Positions 11,344 to 20,198 of a DNA stretch of 64,000 bases are shown here, in pieces (the first letter of the stretch is position 1; each line of letters begins with the position of its first letter). Under the pieces are notes generated by a model that ran no database searches, had not been told where the DNA came from, and worked only from the letters and a program-made list of their open reading frames with translations. Both the position numbers and the translations under genes were made by a program. This DNA comes from an uncultured Rhodospirillaceae bacterium. GTDB lineage: Bacteria; Pseudomonadota; Alphaproteobacteria; Micavibrionales; UBA2020. The stretch is from positions 11,739-75,738 of the forward strand of contig CAYWIT010000011.1 of NCBI GenBank assembly GCA_964458415.1. The letters run 5' to 3'.

Positions 11344-12297
11344 TCAATACGCCGCTGTCAGCGTCCGGTGCACAGGCTTTTCCTGCAGCTCCGGCGCGTA
11401 TCCCCGTGCCCAGAGAATATGATCCAGATTGACGGAAGTGACATTATACCCCTGCCGCACGGCTTCGGCTTTCATCAGCTCGACCGCATGAATGGCAGCA
11501 GCGCGGATTTCCGTTTCAGCTGCGCTCCCCGGATCCAATTCCGTGCCCGCGTTTATGGCCCGCGTAAGCTCCGTGACATATTCGAGAATCCCATCGCAAT
11601 AAAGAACATGCGGCACCATGTTGTCGGCAAAAATAGTCAGTTGATCGATATCCGCAAAGACATCCCCGCCCAAGGCCAGATGGATATCGGCAGCCAGAAT
11701 TTGCGCCCGTTTGCAAAACATGACCTCACGGCCTTTATACATCGCAATATCCTGAAAAGACGGCCAGACCGTCACAGTTTCCACCAGTGCTACTGCCGAC
11801 CCCTGCGCCGATTGCAGCAGGCGCATCGGATCCCCTGAAAAATCACTGACCAGACGCGTCCCCGTGCCCTTCAAATTCCGTGCAAACAAGACCATCAGCG
11901 CATCCAGTCGCGGATGCGCGCCCTGCGGAATTGCGAATATCCTGTGGCATTGCTCCGGCATCGCCGCAGCCCATTTTTCCGGCGTGTTCATTTCATCACG
12001 CAAAAAGGCAGCTTTGAGCCCGCAGGCGATAACGTCATATTCCAGCGCAACACCCGCCTCCCGCGCACAGGCGAAGTACCCAGAGCCGAAATTAATACTG
12101 TCCAGCGCCAGAAAATAGGCGACGGTTTCCTCCCGTCTATCCGAAACCAGATGCATTTCAGCATCCATCTGCGTGACAAGCGGGTATTTCCCCAGCAGCT
12201 CCTGTACATATTTCGCAATACGATCATGACGGATACTGACGTTTTCCGCCTGTTCCGCCACCCATGCCGCACCCGCCTTGATTTCATCCGTAATCAC
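11344..12297 (-). CDS. queuosine-salvage family (DUF2419/Qng1-like) protein
   Basis: 317 aa. FLALDSINFGSGYF and IFADNMVPHVL resemble the Q_salvage family as I recall it. The start overlaps the stop of the upstream hydrolase gene. Confidence 0.5.
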   Translation of the reverse strand: MITDEIKAGAAWVAEQAENVSIRHDRIAKYVQELLGKYPLVTQMDAEMHLVSDRREETVAYFLALDSINFGSGYFACAREAGVALEYDVIACGLKAAFLRDEMNTPEKWAAAMPEQCHRIFAIPQGAHPRLDALMVLFARNLKGTGTRLVSDFSGDPMRLLQSAQGSAVALVETVTVWPSFQDIAMYKGREVMFCKRAQILAADIHLALGGDVFADIDQLTIFADNMVPHVLYCDGILEYVTELTRAINAGTELDPGSAAETEIRAAAIHAVELMKAEAVRQGYNVTSVNLDHILWARGYAPELQEKPVHRTLTAAY

Positions 12298-13112
12298 TGC
12301 GGCAGCTCCGCATCAGCCTGACGATCCAGCCATTCCAGAATGACATGCCCCGCATGGTGCTCATATAAATCATTATGCGCCCCCCCATTGATAGAGACGA
12401 ATTCCTTCGGATGATTGGCGGCTTCATAGAGCGCCTTGCCCAGCCTGTGCGGAACGGCATTATCTTCATCGCCATGCACAATCAGCAAAGCGGTCTTGAT
12501 CTGCCCTATTTTATTCAGGTTTTCGTATCTGTCCCACATCATGTATTCAACAGGCAAAAACGGATAGGCCCCTTTCGCCACATCGACCGCACTGGTAAAC
12601 GGCGATTCCAAAATCATGATCGGCGGCTGAATTTCCAGCGCCATTTGAACGGCAACGCCGGATCCCAGACTCTCGCCATACAGCACAAGCTGTGCCACAC
12701 TATAACCCTGCCCATCCAGCCATTTCAGGGCCGACCGCGCATCCTTGTACAAGCCTTCTTCGGAAGGAGAACCGGCATTGCCCCCGTATCCCCGATACTC
12801 GCAGAGATAAACGCCATAGCCCCGCTCTAGAAAATATTGAGCCTTGATAGCACGATGCGCCATATACCCGCCGTTGCCATGATAGAAAACGACAATACGT
12901 CCATCCTTTTCTTTTGGCGGCGCAAACCACGCCCGCAAGGACAGGTCATCCTCTGTTCTGACCGTGATTTCCTTCATCGTCGGCGCATCGCTTCTGGCGG
13001 GATCCCCGGGAGGGCTTTTGTCCGGAAAATACTGCAAATGACGCTGAAACAGGAACGCCGCCACCAGCACCAGAATATACCCTGCGGCAAGATAAAACAG
13101 TATCCGTGCCAT
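12294..13112 (-). CDS. membrane-anchored alpha/beta hydrolase
   Basis: N-terminal TM helix, GESLG nucleophile elbow, VHGDEDNAVP and GGAHNDL (Asp/His of the triad). Confidence 0.7.
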   Translation of the reverse strand: MARILFYLAAGYILVLVAAFLFQRHLQYFPDKSPPGDPARSDAPTMKEITVRTEDDLSLRAWFAPPKEKDGRIVVFYHGNGGYMAHRAIKAQYFLERGYGVYLCEYRGYGGNAGSPSEEGLYKDARSALKWLDGQGYSVAQLVLYGESLGSGVAVQMALEIQPPIMILESPFTSAVDVAKGAYPFLPVEYMMWDRYENLNKIGQIKTALLIVHGDEDNAVPHRLGKALYEAANHPKEFVSINGGAHNDLYEHHAGHVILEWLDRQADAELPQ

Positions 13113-13114
13113 CC

Positions 13115-14905
13115 CTAGGCGCTTTCCTTCATCAGCGTGCCGTAAAGACGCGCGTAAGCTCCATTTTTTGCCACAAGAGCGGCATGATTTCCGCTTTCGA
13201 CAATATGCCCGTCATCCAGCACATAAATGATATCCGCCTCCATAATCGTGGAAAGACGGTGCGCGACGACAATCGTTGTCCGTCCTTTTTGCAAACGTTC
13301 CAGCGCCGTTTGCACAAGACGTTCAGACTGCGTATCCAGCGCGGAGGTCGCCTCGTCCAGCAGCAGGATCGGCGCATTCCGCAGCATTGCACGCGCAATC
13401 GAAAGACGCTGGCGCTGACCACCGGAAAGCTTGACGCCGTTTTCACCCACGCGCGTATCATAGCCTTCCGGCAGCTCCATGATGAACTCATGCGCTGCCG
13501 CCATCTTTGCCGCCTCAATAATTTGTTCCTCCGTCGCGCCCATAGTACCGTAAGCAATATTATCCCGCACGGTATCATCAAAAATAGCGACTTCCTGACT
13601 GACAAGCGCCATGGCACCGCGCAGGCTCTTTAGCGTGACATTGCGAATGTCCTGCCCGTCAATGCGTATAGCACCGCTGGTAATGTCATAAAAGCGCGGG
13701 ATAAGATTAAGTATCGTCGACTTCCCCGCCCCCGATGCCCCGACCAGCGCCACTGTTTTTCCGGCTGGCGCGACAAAAGAAACATGATCCAGCGCCACTG
13801 TTCCATCCGGGTAAACAAAACCGACATCCTCAAAAGAGACTTCCGGGCTCTTCACATGAAGCTCAACGGCATCCGGCCTGTCGCCGATCTGGGGAATAAT
13901 ATCCAGCAGCTGGAACAGCCTGTCCACGGCAGCCAGCCCCATTTGCATGACATTATTCAGCTTGGCCAGACGTTTCATCGGCTCGAAAGCCAGTAAAAAA
14001 GCGGTAATGAAGGAAAACAGCTTGCCCGCCGTACTGGTGCCTTCCAGCACCTGCATCCCGCCGTATATCACAATCGTGACAACGGCAACGCCGCTTAGAA
14101 TTTCAGTAATAGGCGAGGCAACGGCAGAGACCTTGAACGTCTTGCACATCAGATTAAAAATATTCTCAATGATCACATTAATCCGTGACTTTTCAAATTC
14201 CTCCATGCCGTAGGCCTTGACATGACGGCTCCCCTGAAAGGCCTGCCCCAGCATTCCCGTCAGGGTTCCCATCTCGACCTGCATGGATGTCGAAACCCTG
14301 CGCAGTTTCTTGCCGAGCCGCGTCATCACATAGGCGGCCGCCGGAAAGACAAACAACGAAGCGACTGTCAATTTCCAGTCCTGATAGAACATGACGCCGA
14401 TCAAAAAAAGCAGGGTCATCGAATTCTTGCCCAATCCGGTCATGCTTTCCGTTACGGCTGTTCTGATCATGGCCGTATCCGAGATAAAACGTGACAGTAA
14501 CTGCCCACTTTTCTGCCCATGAAAATAGGACAGGTCAGCATTAACAAGATGCGCAAACATATCCCGCTTGATATCGCTTACAATCCGCTGCCCCATCCGG
14601 CTCATCAGCACCGTATGGCCATACGTCGCAAGTCCTCGCAGCGTGAAAACAGAAAAAACAACAGCCGCTACGGGAATCAGCATTCCGGCGTCCTTGTCCG
14701 TAAAGACTCTGTCGATAATCGGTTCCATCATTTTTGCCATCGCGCCCGTCATAGCCGCGGAAACCACCATCAACAAAAAAGCAAGCGCCATAGTCCGCAG
14801 GCGCGGCCTGATATAAGTCCGGAAAAGCCGCCGGACCAATGGCATTGTTGCCGTCATCGGGATCGACGGCCCTGGCATTGTTGCCGGCGAAGATTTGTTA
14901 ATCAT
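13115..14905 (-). CDS. ABC exporter, fused permease/ATPase (MsbA-like)
   Basis: 596 aa with a six-TM N-terminal half, Walker A GASGAGKST, signature LSGGQRQR and Walker B ILLLDEATSALD. Confidence 0.8.
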   Translation of the reverse strand: MINKSSPATMPGPSIPMTATMPLVRRLFRTYIRPRLRTMALAFLLMVVSAAMTGAMAKMMEPIIDRVFTDKDAGMLIPVAAVVFSVFTLRGLATYGHTVLMSRMGQRIVSDIKRDMFAHLVNADLSYFHGQKSGQLLSRFISDTAMIRTAVTESMTGLGKNSMTLLFLIGVMFYQDWKLTVASLFVFPAAAYVMTRLGKKLRRVSTSMQVEMGTLTGMLGQAFQGSRHVKAYGMEEFEKSRINVIIENIFNLMCKTFKVSAVASPITEILSGVAVVTIVIYGGMQVLEGTSTAGKLFSFITAFLLAFEPMKRLAKLNNVMQMGLAAVDRLFQLLDIIPQIGDRPDAVELHVKSPEVSFEDVGFVYPDGTVALDHVSFVAPAGKTVALVGASGAGKSTILNLIPRFYDITSGAIRIDGQDIRNVTLKSLRGAMALVSQEVAIFDDTVRDNIAYGTMGATEEQIIEAAKMAAAHEFIMELPEGYDTRVGENGVKLSGGQRQRLSIARAMLRNAPILLLDEATSALDTQSERLVQTALERLQKGRTTIVVAHRLSTIMEADIIYVLDDGHIVESGNHAALVAKNGAYARLYGTLMKESA

Positions 14906-14993
14906 TTTTAAAGCGCCCTGCTATAGTATGGTGGTGGGGAGTTTAATCAGTTAAAGCCCCCCTGTAAACAATAAACATAATAAAAAGCAGGTC

Positions 14994-16043
14994 ATGTTCG
15001 GAAAAGACAAAACAGATACAAAAGGCCCTGAAATCCCCTCTGCCAGCCATGGCCTCAGAGCACAGGATGCTAGTACATCCACGCATATGACGACCCCTCC
15101 CAGAATTGGGCTGGCCCTTGGCAGCGGTCTTGCCCGCGGATTTGCACATCTGGGCGTTGTTCGGGCCTTGAAACGTCATGGCATCGAGCCCACCATAATT
15201 TCCGGAACATCCATGGGGGCCCTGATCGGCGGCGCCTACCTTGCGAATCGCCTTGATGCCGTAGAAGAATGGGCCTACTCGCTGACCAAGCTCAAGGTCC
15301 TCTCCTATCTTGATTTTCGTGTCAAGAGCAGCGGACTTATCGGTGGCGACAAGCTGATGAAGCTGATGCATAACAATTTCGGCGATATCAGGGTCGAGGA
15401 TCTTCCCCATCCGCTTATTGCCATCGCCGTTGATATGGTGACAGGTCACGAGGTGTGGATGCGCAAAGGCCGTCTGGTCGATGTCATGCGCGCTTCCTTC
15501 TCCCTGCCCGGCATTTTCTCCCCTGTCTTCATGAATAACCGCTGGCTGATCGATGGCGCTCTGGTCAACCCCGTTCCCGTTTCGGCCTGTGTTGCAACAG
15601 GGGCACGCATGACCATTGCTGTCAACGTCAACGGCGATATTATCGGAAAATCCAAACACCCCGGGGAAAACATCCCTACCATCGCAGGGTTTGACCTTCT
15701 GAACCTTCAGGGCTCCGAACAAATGGAGCAGGAAAAGAAGAAAAGCATCGTCCAGCGCGTTTTCCGCCGTGACAGCAATAACCCCAGCATCTTTGGCGTC
15801 ATGGTTTCCTCACTGAACATCATACAGGACAGGCTGGCCCGCTCACGGCTCGCCGGTGACCCGCCGGACGTCCTGATCGTTCCACGTATCGGACATATCG
15901 GGTTGATGGAATTCGACCGCGCCGAAGAACTGATTGCAGAAGGCGAAGCCGCGGTGGAGCGTGCCATGCCGGATATCAAAGCGGCCTATTCCGTTCTCTG
16001 CACCCAATATGCGGATGAGGAAACGCCCCCGCAGCCCATCTGA
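14994..16043 (+). CDS. patatin-like phospholipase (RssA-like)
   Basis: GSGLARGFAHLGV (oxyanion GGxR-like), GTSMGA lipase motif and DGALVNPVP (catalytic Asp). Confidence 0.8.
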   Translation: MFGKDKTDTKGPEIPSASHGLRAQDASTSTHMTTPPRIGLALGSGLARGFAHLGVVRALKRHGIEPTIISGTSMGALIGGAYLANRLDAVEEWAYSLTKLKVLSYLDFRVKSSGLIGGDKLMKLMHNNFGDIRVEDLPHPLIAIAVDMVTGHEVWMRKGRLVDVMRASFSLPGIFSPVFMNNRWLIDGALVNPVPVSACVATGARMTIAVNVNGDIIGKSKHPGENIPTIAGFDLLNLQGSEQMEQEKKKSIVQRVFRRDSNNPSIFGVMVSSLNIIQDRLARSRLAGDPPDVLIVPRIGHIGLMEFDRAEELIAEGEAAVERAMPDIKAAYSVLCTQYADEETPPQPI

Positions 16044-16709
16044 TCAGAGCTTTATTGCTTTTGGCATCGTAACATCTGCTTCCCGTAAATAATACGGCTC
16101 CGGCCTTGCGGTGACTTCTCCACGTCGCCATTGCGTCATTGCCACCTGCGCCACCTGACGGGCATCGGCAAGATCCCCCACCACACGTGCATCCGGACAC
16201 AACGCCGCTAATTTTACCCGAGCGTCTCCACAAATACGAACGCCTCCCTGCAAAGGGGAAAGCCGCCGCGCAAAATTCTCCGGTACTTCGTTTGTCGGCG
16301 GAAAAACCTCCCTGCCCGAGGCGTCGAAAAGAGCAAAGTAAAGCTCCTCCCGCCAGGATTCAACCGCAATGGCGTTATAGCTCTCCGCCCCTGCCGTACG
16401 AAACATTTCAAAGGAGGAAACGCCCGTAACCGGAACGCCTGCGGCGAGGGAAATCCCCCTTAATGCAGCAAGTCCGATACGAATACCCGTAAAACTGCCC
16501 GGCCCCGTTACAACGGCCAGCAGATCCATGTCCTTATAGTCAAGACTGTTTTGTTCCAGCCCGGCAGCTATATGTTCCAGCAGCAGGTTTCCCTGATCCC
16601 GCATTTCCGATGCCGCATAATGAAAAAGACAAGACTCATCCTCCAGCAAGGAAACAGAAAGAATAGTCGTTGCAGTATTGACGGCAAGACACCTCATGCG
16701 AAACGGCAC
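16044..16709 (-). CDS. tsaB: tRNA t6A biosynthesis protein TsaB
   Basis: LAVNTATTILSVSL and VVTGPGSFTGIRIGLAA. The true start is possibly MRCLAV at 16697. Confidence 0.8.
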   Translation of the reverse strand: MPFRMRCLAVNTATTILSVSLLEDESCLFHYAASEMRDQGNLLLEHIAAGLEQNSLDYKDMDLLAVVTGPGSFTGIRIGLAALRGISLAAGVPVTGVSSFEMFRTAGAESYNAIAVESWREELYFALFDASGREVFPPTNEVPENFARRLSPLQGGVRICGDARVKLAALCPDARVVGDLADARQVAQVAMTQWRRGEVTARPEPYYLREADVTMPKAIKL

Positions 16710-17287
16710 ACCTCGTCAAAATCAAAGCGCGGTGAGCGCGGGAAGGTTTTAGCAGGGTCTCCGTAACCAAGGTTACAGATCAAATTCACTTTAAATCGGC
16801 CGTCTGGAAAAAACTCTTTATTCACTGCTTCGGCGTCAAACCCGCTCATCGGACCGCAGTCCAGGCCCATCGCCCGCGCTGCAATCATAAAATAGGCGGC
16901 CTGCAATGAACTGTTACGAAATGCCGTATCAGCAATTAATTTCTCATTCCCGACGAACCATGACCGCGCATCAGCATGCGGAAACAGCCTTGGCAGATGA
17001 TCGTAAAACTGCGTATCCCACGCCAGAACCGCCACAGCCGGAGCCGCCATGGTCTTGTCAACATTGCCTTCCATCAGCAACGGCCTTAAACGGGCCTTCC
17101 CTTCCGCAGATGTTACAAAGACAATCCGTAAAGGACAGCAATTCGCGCTGGTTGGCCCGAATTTCATCAGGTCATAAACTTTCCTGAGCAGTTCAGGAGA
17201 AACAGCCCTGTCCTGCCAGCCGTTCACTGTACGGGCCGTTCTGAAAATCAGATCCAAATCATGCTCTGTTAATGTATTGGCAGTCAT
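16694..17287 (-). CDS. nitroreductase-family malonic semialdehyde reductase (RutE-like)
   Basis: ORF 16694-17347. Start MTANTLTEHDLDLIFRTARTVNGW at 17287. RutE-like pattern with C-terminal RFDFDEV. Confidence 0.65.
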   Translation of the reverse strand: MTANTLTEHDLDLIFRTARTVNGWQDRAVSPELLRKVYDLMKFGPTSANCCPLRIVFVTSAEGKARLRPLLMEGNVDKTMAAPAVAVLAWDTQFYDHLPRLFPHADARSWFVGNEKLIADTAFRNSSLQAAYFMIAARAMGLDCGPMSGFDAEAVNKEFFPDGRFKVNLICNLGYGDPAKTFPRSPRFDFDEVCRFA

Positions 17288-17322
17288 GCTACACTCCATC
17301 ATTACCTTAAAGGGACTATACG

Positions 17323-18483
17323 ATGAAGATAGCTTGCCTTCAAACATATAAAAACAGTTTCTTAAGCGTCATAATCGCCGGATCGATGTTGCTTGCCCTT
17401 TCTACTCCCGGTCTGGCGGCGATTCCGGCTGATGATATCTCTGCCGTAGTCTTCGTCTACCAGCATATCGGAGAGGATTCTGTTCCACAGGCGAATATTT
17501 CGATCGAGCAATTCCAATCCCATCTGCAGGAGTTGCAAACGGACGATTACAATATTCTCCCCCTCTCCAAAATAGTCACAGCCATAAAAAACGGGGAGTC
17601 TTTGCCGCCCAGAACTATCGCTATCACCTTTGATGGCGCCTATCTTTCCACGCTAACACAGGCACTTCCCCTGCTGGATGCCGCTGATATCCCCTATACA
17701 GTTTTCTTTACCAGCGACGCCGCTGACAACGGCACGGCCGGACACGCCTCGTGGGGGCAGCTTAAAAAGCTTGGAAAGCAAAAAAATGTCGAACTGGGAA
17801 TACTTCCCGCCACCTATGCGCATCTGGTGGACCTGCCCCCGGAGGAGAGCGCCACGCTCATTAACCGTGCCGTATCCCGCTACCGCGAAGAATTCGAAGC
17901 AACCCCTCTCTTCTTTTCCTATCCCTATGGTGAAATTTCTCCGGCGCTGAAAAAACAAATATCCGGATACGGCTTTCAAGCGGCCTTTGGCCAACATTCC
18001 GGCGTTATGTTCACAGCCTCGATCAATCATACTGCCGGCGTCACCTATGCGGGAACAGATTTTATGGCGGTCCCCCGCTTCACAATGACAGGAGCATTTA
18101 GCGATATTGAGCGGTTTCAACTCACCGCCAACGCCCTGCCGTTACCTGTCGCGGATGTCGTGCCGGATGACATGATTTTACAGCAAAACCCCCCTATCAT
18201 CGGATTCACGGTTACACCGAACATTACGGATCTTTCAAAACTTTCCTGTTTCATCTCGGGCATTGGCAAAGTGCCGCTGACGAAACTGGGCGGCAACCGC
18301 GTTGAAATCCGCCTTGACGGGCATATCCTTGAAGGCCGGAGAACACGGGTTAACTGTACGCTCCCCAATGATACGCGCGAGCCAGGCGAACGACAGAGCT
18401 GGCGCTGGTTTGGCTTTCTGCTGGTTTCCCCCGATTATCCGGATGACGAAGACACGCTGGAAATAAAGGCAGATACACCATAA
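17323..18483 (+). CDS. secreted polysaccharide deacetylase family protein
   Basis: Signal peptide ending GLAA. The NodB-like region contains IAITFDGAY. Confidence 0.6.
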   Translation: MKIACLQTYKNSFLSVIIAGSMLLALSTPGLAAIPADDISAVVFVYQHIGEDSVPQANISIEQFQSHLQELQTDDYNILPLSKIVTAIKNGESLPPRTIAITFDGAYLSTLTQALPLLDAADIPYTVFFTSDAADNGTAGHASWGQLKKLGKQKNVELGILPATYAHLVDLPPEESATLINRAVSRYREEFEATPLFFSYPYGEISPALKKQISGYGFQAAFGQHSGVMFTASINHTAGVTYAGTDFMAVPRFTMTGAFSDIERFQLTANALPLPVADVVPDDMILQQNPPIIGFTVTPNITDLSKLSCFISGIGKVPLTKLGGNRVEIRLDGHILEGRRTRVNCTLPNDTREPGERQSWRWFGFLLVSPDYPDDEDTLEIKADTP

Positions 18484-18495
18484 TTTCCTGTTTTT

Positions 18496-18510
18496 TTAAG
18501 GGTTGCTTAA
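18496..18510. promoter_or_regulatory. CtrA-type box TTAAGGGTTGCTTAA
   Basis: Perfect TTAA-N7-TTAA, 94 nt upstream of the sodB ATG at 18605. Confidence 0.4.
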
Positions 18511-18604
18511 CACACCTGTTGCTATATTCTTTCTCTTGTCGGTAAAAAATATTACGAGGAGATTTATCATGTCCAATCCACAACTGAAACCACAAGAGGC
18601 TCTT

Positions 18605-19213
18605 ATGACGTTTTCGCTTCCCGATCTGCCCTATGCCGCGACAGCGCTGGAACCCCATATCAGCGCCCGCACATTCGAATTCCACCATGGCAAGCACCAC
18701 AAAGCCTATGTGGATAAAGCAAACGAACTGGTCAAGGGCACCGCATTGGAAGGCCTGCCGCTGGAGCTGGCCGTTATTGAATCCCGCAAACAGGGCATTG
18801 GCCCACTTTTCAACAACATCGGGCAGATTTACAACCATAACCTGTTCTGGGACAGCATGACACCGAATGGCGGCGGAGAGGCGCCCGCACCGCTTCTTGA
18901 GGCCATCACCAAATCATTCGGCAGCTTTGACTCTTTCAAGGAACAGTTCGTCAATGCCGGTATCGGCCAGTTTGGCAGCGGCTGGGTCTGGCTTGTTGCA
19001 AGTGCCGGAAAACTGGAAATCGTCAAAACAGCAAACGCAGAGACTCCGCTGACGGACGGTAAAACACCGCTCCTCGTCTGCGATGTCTGGGAACATGCCT
19101 ATTATCTTGACTATCAAAACCGCCGTGCTGATTTCCTGAAGGTCTTTATCGAGAAACTGGCCAACTGGCAGTTTGCGCTTGCCAACTGGAAAAAAGCCAC
19201 CACACACGGATAA
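18605..19213 (+). CDS. sodB: Fe/Mn superoxide dismutase
   Basis: ORF 18503-19213. Start MTFSLPDLPY. Motifs FHHGKHHKAYV and DVWEHAYYLDYQNRR. Confidence 0.9.
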   Translation: MTFSLPDLPYAATALEPHISARTFEFHHGKHHKAYVDKANELVKGTALEGLPLELAVIESRKQGIGPLFNNIGQIYNHNLFWDSMTPNGGGEAPAPLLEAITKSFGSFDSFKEQFVNAGIGQFGSGWVWLVASAGKLEIVKTANAETPLTDGKTPLLVCDVWEHAYYLDYQNRRADFLKVFIEKLANWQFALANWKKATTHG

Positions 19214-19236
19214 TCTTTTTTAATATCCCAATAAAA

Positions 19237-19262
19237 GAAAGCCCGCAGCGATGCGGGCTTTC
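19237..19262. terminator. bidirectional intrinsic terminator (sodB / repeat-protein gene)
   Basis: GAAAGCCCGCA GCGA TGCGGGCTTTC, a perfect 11-bp stem. T-runs follow on both strands. Confidence 0.7.
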
Positions 19263-19284
19263 TTCATTTCAAATCATTCTTGTA

Positions 19285-19962
19285 TCAACGTCCACCGCCG
19301 CCTCTGTTGCCATCGCCTCTGGTTGGACGGTTCCTCCAGATCTCCTGACGGGTATTCTTGTTATCCTGACGCATTTCCTGATGCTTTTCGTGAACATCCT
19401 GCACTTGCTCCTGCCGATGTTCCTTACGCTCCTGAACCTGTTCCTGATGATGTTCGCGGGATTGCTCGTGCATCTCCTGACGATGCTCCTTTACTTCCTC
19501 ACGCATCTCTTCATGATGCTCCCGTGCTTGCTCATGGTGCTGCTTGCGGTATTCCTCAAGCTTCGCGCGCGCCGCTGCCGGATCATCCTTTGCCAGCGCC
19601 CTGATCTCGGCCCTGTGCTGCTCGCTGATATCCTGCATCTCGTCCCTGAACGCTTCCTGCTGTCCCTTCATATCCTGACGGAATTCCTGATTCTGTTCCT
19701 GTTTGCCCTGACGGAACTCAATATTTTCCTGTTGCTGGCTCTGGCGAAACTCTACATTTTCCTGATGCTCGGCAGCACGGAATTCCTGCCGTTCTGCGCT
19801 GTTCTCCTGCCGTTGCTGCTGCAGAGTCTCCCTCGACTCCTGCCGCCATTCTCTTAATTCCTGCCGCGGTTTCGCCGGAGCTGTTGAAGCTTCCTGCGCC
19901 ATAGCCAAGGACGGACTGGCCAGAACAAGCGCCAAAGCCGTCAGCATGATATATTGTTTCAT
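19285..19962 (-). CDS. secreted Q/E/R/H-rich protein built of 11-residue repeats
   Basis: ORF 19285-20028. Start MKQYIMLTALALVLASPSLAMA at 19962 (signal peptide). The rest is almost entirely charged hendecad repeats and ends GDGNRGGGGR. Confidence 0.6.
   Translation of the reverse strand: MKQYIMLTALALVLASPSLAMAQEASTAPAKPRQELREWRQESRETLQQQRQENSAERQEFRAAEHQENVEFRQSQQQENIEFRQGKQEQNQEFRQDMKGQQEAFRDEMQDISEQHRAEIRALAKDDPAAARAKLEEYRKQHHEQAREHHEEMREEVKEHRQEMHEQSREHHQEQVQERKEHRQEQVQDVHEKHQEMRQDNKNTRQEIWRNRPTRGDGNRGGGGR
19357..19812 (-). repeat. two blocks of in-frame 33-nt (11-aa) tandem repeats inside the CDS
   Basis: Block 1 is QENVEFRQSQQ / QENIEFRQGKQ / (E)QNQEFRQDMKG / QQEAFRDEMQD. Block 2 is EHHEEMREEVK / EHRQEMHEQSR / EHHQEQVQERK / EHRQEQVQDVH / EKHQEMRQDNK. 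Confidence 0.75.
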
Positions 19963-20198
19963 AGTCTCTCTCTCCCTTTTCCTGATGATTCTACCCTTTC
20001 CGGGTCCTACAATCATGACACGGAACAATTTAAAATAACCTGCGCTATAAACATTAAAAAATGAATAATTATAATTTAATTACAAATTATCAGCATTATG
20101 TTTCACGTTGCTAGCAAAAAAATTTTCTTTTTGATTTAATGTTAAAAATCGCCTACCTTTTTCGCATAATCATTCAGAGAAAAATCGGGTAGTCGCAA

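Noticed and set aside
14943-15722. 259-aa minus-strand ORF opposite the patatin gene
   Set aside because: It is antisense to a gene with GxSxG and DGA patatin motifs. It would also overlap the msbA-like promoter region with no RBS.
19381-19857. 158-aa Leu-rich plus-strand ORF, and the 33-nt periodic repeats considered as a CRISPR-like array
   Set aside because: The Leu-rich frame is the complement of the Glu/Gln-rich repeat protein, which has a signal peptide, a stop and a terminator. The repeats are contiguous in-frame coding repeats with no spacers and no cas genes.
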